From: Candidatus Melainabacteria bacterium 17Bon1m
Lineage (GTDB): Bacteria > Cyanobacteriota > Vampirovibrionia > Obscuribacterales > Obscuribacteraceae
DNA length: 64,000 nucleotides
Assembly (NCBI GenBank): GCA_032128875.1
Contig: JAVLKG010000018.1
Coordinates: forward strand, 1-64,000
Reading direction: 5' to 3'
Shown here: positions 59,220 through 64,000 of the stretch, piece after piece
Layout: the number at the start of each line of letters is the position of its first letter
How positions within the stretch are numbered: the stretch's first letter is position 1
Notes under the pieces: generated by a model
The model's database searches: none
Told to the model about the DNA's origin: nothing
What the model saw: only the letters and a program-made list of their open reading frames with translations
Translations under genes and position numbers: made by a program

Positions 59220-60845
59220 ATGGCAGAGCAAGATTTAAAGGGCAATTATGATTCACAGCGAGGCGTCGATAAAGAAGCGGCGTCTGATGCTAGGCAGGTA
59301 AGGTCGGTCTACGAGCACGAAGGTGCGCAAAAAGCAGTGCAACGTCTGCAGGCTGAAGTCGACTCTGTACCGGCGTCTCAACGTCAGGCTTACAGCGCCG
59401 CTCTTATGAAAGATCTGCAGTCGGACGGTAGTCGTGCCAATCTCTTGCCGGAGATGGCTCTTGCATTCGGCGACGCCCATAGGGACAGCGTTTCTGAGGG
59501 TGGGTACGTGACACGGTCGCGAATTGCTGCAGCAGTTCAGAATGAGAAAAATCCAGTCTATGCCGAGATGTACCGGCAGTTTGGCGACAAATTCAAAGAT
59601 ATTCGTCATGAGAAGCAGAATCAATCCTGGATATATGGAGATCACTCCTTTGCGCCCGGCATTCTCAATGACGCCAATCACTGGGTCGGCAACAAATTGA
59701 ATGAAAAAGTTGGCGCGGCTTGGGGCGGTGGAGTCAGTGTTGATGATCTTGCAAAAAGAGTTGGTGAGGATGGACAGAAGATCGACAAGCGCAATAAAGA
59801 TCGCCAAGCCCTTGGATTGCTCGCCAGCAAGCCTGAATTGTTCGATTACGTAGCGCAAAATGACGGGCAGATTTCTCGTTCAGATGCAGAAGCGTTTCGC
59901 GAGCAAGTGCTACTCGGCACGGGCGAGGAAGGAAAACGATTGAGAGAGCGTTTTGGCAAGACTCCTCTGGAGCAAGAAAGACTTACAAATGCCGCCGGCG
60001 CCCTGGTTGATTCTTTCGACCATCCGGCAAACTTGGACGGGGCAGCCGGTTCTGTCCACGAGGATGGTTGGGACCTATATGGAAACAACCCATTTGGCGG
60101 CGATTACATGACCAGGGAGAGCCTTGCTCGCGGTTTGGGTTATAGAAGCCCTCAGGATGCTCAAAAGAATGTTCACAGCGACGCTAGAGGTCTCCTCTCG
60201 GCAAATCCGGATGTTTCATCCGCCAATGATTTTTCTCAAACGGCTCAGCGCCGTGGAGACGGTCCCTGGCAGGTCTCGGAACATATGCTTGCAGGACAGA
60301 ATAAACATTTCGAAAATCCGTTCGAAGCACAGAAGATGCTGACTGATGTTCTGAAGCAAAGTAATTTTTGGACAAAAGACAAGCAAGGCGAGCAGAAGGT
60401 GACGCCGGAAAACAGGAACGAAATGCTTGGCGCAATAAAAGATGCTGAAGCGAAACGCTCAGAGCAGAGCGGTGCTGCTGAAAACAATGATCTATCCCGC
60501 TGGTTTGCCGCCCGGTATCCTGAGGAGATGGAGGGCAAGTCTCCTGCCAGAGCTGATGTTGAGCCACTATCGGACTTCGGCAATACGCGATTGCGCGGAC
60601 CCAAGGACGGTCCAAGAGCGATAGCTTCGCGCATGATTCATGGACAGGAGCAATTTTTCACCGATCCGCACAAAGCGGTGGCAGACCTTTCCAGCGCGAT
60701 TGGAGTGAAGGCAGGCATTCATAATCACAGGAGAGGCGCAGAACAAGTGACCGCGCGAAACGTCGACAGCGTGATCGCCAACATCGAGAAGACAGGCAAT
60801 AAAGAGCTGCTTGAATGGTTCAAGCGTCGATATCCCAAAAACTGA
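59220..60845 (+). CDS. Orphan protein with duplicated C-terminal (LysM-like) domain
   Basis: AGGAG SD before MAEQD. Two repeats, DF..T..R..DGP..(V/I)..M..GQ..F..P ... WF..RYP. Confidence 0.8.
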   Translation: MAEQDLKGNYDSQRGVDKEAASDARQVRSVYEHEGAQKAVQRLQAEVDSVPASQRQAYSAALMKDLQSDGSRANLLPEMALAFGDAHRDSVSEGGYVTRSRIAAAVQNEKNPVYAEMYRQFGDKFKDIRHEKQNQSWIYGDHSFAPGILNDANHWVGNKLNEKVGAAWGGGVSVDDLAKRVGEDGQKIDKRNKDRQALGLLASKPELFDYVAQNDGQISRSDAEAFREQVLLGTGEEGKRLRERFGKTPLEQERLTNAAGALVDSFDHPANLDGAAGSVHEDGWDLYGNNPFGGDYMTRESLARGLGYRSPQDAQKNVHSDARGLLSANPDVSSANDFSQTAQRRGDGPWQVSEHMLAGQNKHFENPFEAQKMLTDVLKQSNFWTKDKQGEQKVTPENRNEMLGAIKDAEAKRSEQSGAAENNDLSRWFAARYPEEMEGKSPARADVEPLSDFGNTRLRGPKDGPRAIASRMIHGQEQFFTDPHKAVADLSSAIGVKAGIHNHRRGAEQVTARNVDSVIANIEKTGNKELLEWFKRRYPKN

Positions 60846-60869
60846 GTTAGCTCGAGAACCCAACCCTCC

Positions 60870-60899
60870 GGCGCCACCATCTCAGGATGGTGGCGCCTT
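60870..60899 (+). terminator. Hairpin after the 59220 gene
   Basis: GGCGCCACCATC-TCAG-GATGGTGGCGCC; weak U-tail. Confidence 0.55.
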
Positions 60900-60927
60900 G
60901 CCTTCAGGTGCGTTTTTCCAGTCGTTC

Positions 60928-60961
60928 TTTGACGAAAATTTGATGGCTCAATTTCTATTAT
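60928..60961 (+). promoter_or_regulatory. TTTGAY-N5-TTTGAY-N11-(-10) promoter box
   Basis: TTTGAC gaaaa TTTGAT ggctcaatttc TATTAT, upstream of the 60993 gene. Confidence 0.7.
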
Positions 60962-60992
60962 TTCTATGCGCCAGTTTCTAACCTGAGAACAT

Positions 60993-63341
60993 ATGAGCCG
61001 GGTTTCTGAATTTTTATCAGGTGCTAGTAATGCCGTTCAAGACCATGTTGACGGCTTGCGGCAAATTGCGGGAGCCGAAGTAGACACATCCGGCAGAGAG
61101 TCTAGAACGACTGCTGAAAGTATAGGAGCTGCTGTCGGCGAGTCCGCGCTATTCCTGGCTTCCACCCTGCTCGCTAAAAAAATTCCCGGTGCCGGCAAAC
61201 TATGCGAAGGTAAGCTTGCCGGTATCGTCGCCGGTGGCATGCTCGGCTTTACTCAGTCGGTGGATCAGTCGGCGCCTGGTGCACAAAGAACATTCAATAC
61301 CTTGCTTGGTGCCGGCACGATGGGCATCCTGGAATTCGGTCCGGTGGCGGCAGGGCATCTGCCCGGTGTTTTCTCCAGCCAGAAGACTCTGGCTGGAAAT
61401 GTCGCGCGGGCCGCTCTGGCTAATGGAGCGGCCGGACTGTTCAATATTCAAGGCCAATCCTATGTAAAAACCGGTCATCCCGCCTCTTTTGATGAATCGC
61501 TTGCTGCCACAGGCACCTGGATGCTTACCGGCAGTGCCTTGAGCGCAGCCGGATTCAAGCTCGATGGGTACAGGCAAAAACTGGATGCGGCGCGGCGCTG
61601 GCAAGAAGAACGTCCATGGAAGTACAAGCAGGTGATTGAGCTGAATGCTTCCGACTTGCAGGTCGGCGAGCGGCTCTCACCAGGCAGTTACAGAATAGGG
61701 TATGAGAGCCAGGGTGCCGGACGAACATTCGACATCTATATCTCAGATGGAGCCGCCGCTGCTAAAAAAGCGCCTCTGACCGCATTTTTGCATGGTCTGT
61801 CCAGAAACGGTGAATCGACAAGCATCGTCAGAGAGCTAGAGTTTAACAGGTTGGCCGACGAGAGTGCGGCGATTGTCGCTTATCCCCATGCTAGAGCCGT
61901 TCAGCGTGGTCTCTTTCGCGGAATATTTCAAGCCTGGAACGACAAAAACTTCGGCTTCCTGCGTCACGATAACTCCTACAGTGATGTTGTCGCGTTCAAA
62001 GATATGTTGGGCGTGATATCTCGGCATGTGCCTTACGCCGATACAAGCAATATTGCTGTGGGAGGCTTTTCACTGGGCGGAAAGATGGCTCACCGCATCG
62101 CCGCCCATCTGGATAATGTTTCGACACTCTCGACGATTCACAGCACTATCGATTTGTTTGACAAGAAAGCCATCAAAATGGCTGCCGAACGCCATCCGCT
62201 CGATGTGCAAATAATTCATGGCAGAAAAGACACCGTTTTGCCGTTTGCCGGCGGAAAGAGTTTATTCACGGCATTTCTTGCCAATTCCAATTTGTCTCGC
62301 CCGAGCCAGCAAGCTGAGTTTTGGGCGGCTTCCAACCGCCAGTTGTCTGCTTCTTCGACGTATTCCGATGGCGGACAACGCAGTTTTTCGACTGCTACTC
62401 ATGACAGAGGGACATTTCGCCAGCGAAGCTTCAAATCTTCCAATGGCTATCAGGTCGAAGAATTGGTCACTGCAGATGGTGCACACCGTGTTCATGGTGC
62501 AGAGTCCGTTTATGATCTGACTCAAGTTTTAACCGGTCGTCCGCTGCCGGCATGGAGATTTGATGCCCGTCTTGAAATGTGGCGCTTTCTCATGGATTCG
62601 CTAAAGCGGAATGAATCGCGCGTTCAACCTTTTGCCGCACCGTCCGTGGTCGCATCGAGAGGCGGCGCTTGGCGCAATGCCGACCGCTTAGACGGCGAAA
62701 TCCTTGACTTTGGGCGGCGCTCGGGCGGATTGTTGGATGAGCGCTTTGCCGATATCTACCGAGCTGCCCACCGCTCGATTGGCCGCGTAACCAGCGAAGC
62801 TTCGACTAGTACCGGTTTTGTAGTCTCTAAGGACGGCGCATTTCTTGTCACGGATCACGCTGTGGCGGATGGTCAAAGCACGGTCAGTTTGCCATCCGGA
62901 ATTTATAAAGCCATTTTGTTGGCGAGGCAAAGACGATCAGATTTAGCACTCTTGAAACTGGAGCCAAATCATCCTGATGAACTGTTCAGTCCACTCAAGA
63001 TCGCTGAAATTCCTGCCCGACTGGCCGAAAAGAGTTTGGCTGCAGGCTTTCCCGTCGTAAGCGAATTGGTGCCGCCTTACAGGGCGATGACGGGCCGCTT
63101 GTTCACTCACAACTCCGAATTCGGTGACTCGATTGTTCATGAAGGCACTCGATGGGATGGATATTTTATGCGGACTGCCGGCGGTGCTTCCGGCAGTCCG
63201 GTAATGAACAGAAATGGCGCTGTCACTGGAATCGTCTCTTTCAATCGCCGTTTCGGAGATGGTCCTATGCAAGTACACACTACCGGAGCAATCGGCGCGC
63301 CAACTCTGCTGCGTTTTTTATCCGAAAATGTCAGCGTTTAG
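60993..63341 (+). CDS. Multidomain protein: Gly/Ala-rich hydrophobic N-terminus, PHB-depolymerase/LpqC-like esterase, trypsin-like serine protease
   Basis: Esterase FLHG, GFSLGG, HGRKD, GAH; protease TDHAV, SDLALL, GASGSP. Confidence 0.85.
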   Translation: MSRVSEFLSGASNAVQDHVDGLRQIAGAEVDTSGRESRTTAESIGAAVGESALFLASTLLAKKIPGAGKLCEGKLAGIVAGGMLGFTQSVDQSAPGAQRTFNTLLGAGTMGILEFGPVAAGHLPGVFSSQKTLAGNVARAALANGAAGLFNIQGQSYVKTGHPASFDESLAATGTWMLTGSALSAAGFKLDGYRQKLDAARRWQEERPWKYKQVIELNASDLQVGERLSPGSYRIGYESQGAGRTFDIYISDGAAAAKKAPLTAFLHGLSRNGESTSIVRELEFNRLADESAAIVAYPHARAVQRGLFRGIFQAWNDKNFGFLRHDNSYSDVVAFKDMLGVISRHVPYADTSNIAVGGFSLGGKMAHRIAAHLDNVSTLSTIHSTIDLFDKKAIKMAAERHPLDVQIIHGRKDTVLPFAGGKSLFTAFLANSNLSRPSQQAEFWAASNRQLSASSTYSDGGQRSFSTATHDRGTFRQRSFKSSNGYQVEELVTADGAHRVHGAESVYDLTQVLTGRPLPAWRFDARLEMWRFLMDSLKRNESRVQPFAAPSVVASRGGAWRNADRLDGEILDFGRRSGGLLDERFADIYRAAHRSIGRVTSEASTSTGFVVSKDGAFLVTDHAVADGQSTVSLPSGIYKAILLARQRRSDLALLKLEPNHPDELFSPLKIAEIPARLAEKSLAAGFPVVSELVPPYRAMTGRLFTHNSEFGDSIVHEGTRWDGYFMRTAGGASGSPVMNRNGAVTGIVSFNRRFGDGPMQVHTTGAIGAPTLLRFLSENVSV

Positions 63342-64000
63342 AAGTTGCCCTTTGATTTGACGGGGATTTTATACCGCTACACTTACCTTTGATGCATAAG
63401 GTTTTTTCCCACGTGAGCCGGCGAAATTGACAAGCATCAAGAGTTTTTATGAGCAAATCGAATTCGGGCGTTATTCGATTGGTCCGGCAATTGAAGCGGC
63501 TCGAAGGTGCCAAGAATTGACCATTGAGACAGACAATAAAGAAAACATCATCGCTATTTCCCATGCGTCCGGTGCGCAAGCACGTCTAAATGAGTCGTAC
63601 ACCATTGCCAAATCAAAAGAGGGATCATTGTGGTTAGGCGACCGCGCCGGTCTTTGGCATCCGCTCGATTAGCTGATTTGGCAGTCGTGCAGGCGGCAAA
63701 CAGGTAGATTTCTGGGGATGGACGTGCTCCACTGGCTAAGCTGGTGGGGCATATCCTTTTGCTGCAATTTAGATGTGGTGCCCGTTGATGCGCAAGCGGC
63801 TGACACCGCCGTTGTTGATGTTCAATCGAACATGAGTGATAGGACCTTTGTGCAACACTTTGTCGTGACCAAAATGATGTTGCTGATGCGGTTGGGTTGC
63901 GGTTTTTGCAATTAGTGGTTTCCACTCATAGTCCGGCCAGGTGAGATAGTCGACTCGGCTGGCTGGTGCATGTAGGCAGTCTATCCATGCTTCTTTCGGC

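Noticed and set aside
63427-63915. Short ORFs at the right end
   Set aside because: No convincing SD or motifs; cannot be supported.

Overview
A 64-kb bacterial chromosomal window with no rRNA, tRNA, CRISPR array, integrase or transposase recognised. The gene style suggests Candidatus Melainabacteria/Obscuribacterales, but that is an impression, not a measurement. (1) 0.3-3.3 kb: a minus-strand operon of an intact calcineurin-like metallophosphoesterase, a HAD nucleotidase-like protein and an apparently catalytically dead paralog of the phosphoesterase. (2) A DnaJ-like protein lacking HPD, REP-like repeats, a GGAA-dense CsrB-like RNA candidate and a class II ribonucleotide reductase (nrdJ). 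(3) Two-component genes, including a tandem histidine kinase whose two halves have lost complementary functions. (4) A long co-directional plus-strand region (about 20.7-53.2 kb) rich in proteases (FtsH, M13, S41, S49, two M50, rhomboid) that also carries lipid enzymes, a catalase-like protein, Bfd, PiT and eroded small ORFs. (5) Orphan proteins without signal peptides, some carrying lytic domains (GH16, SLT, esterase plus trypsin, LysM-like repeats). The strongest unannotated signal is a promoter-like element, TTTGAY-N5-TTTGAY-N11-(-10 box), found 11 times, always on the + strand. It precedes five of the orphan genes and four ORF-free stretches of about 80-95 nt that end in terminator-like hairpins, which suggests an undescribed regulon of effector-like proteins and sRNAs.
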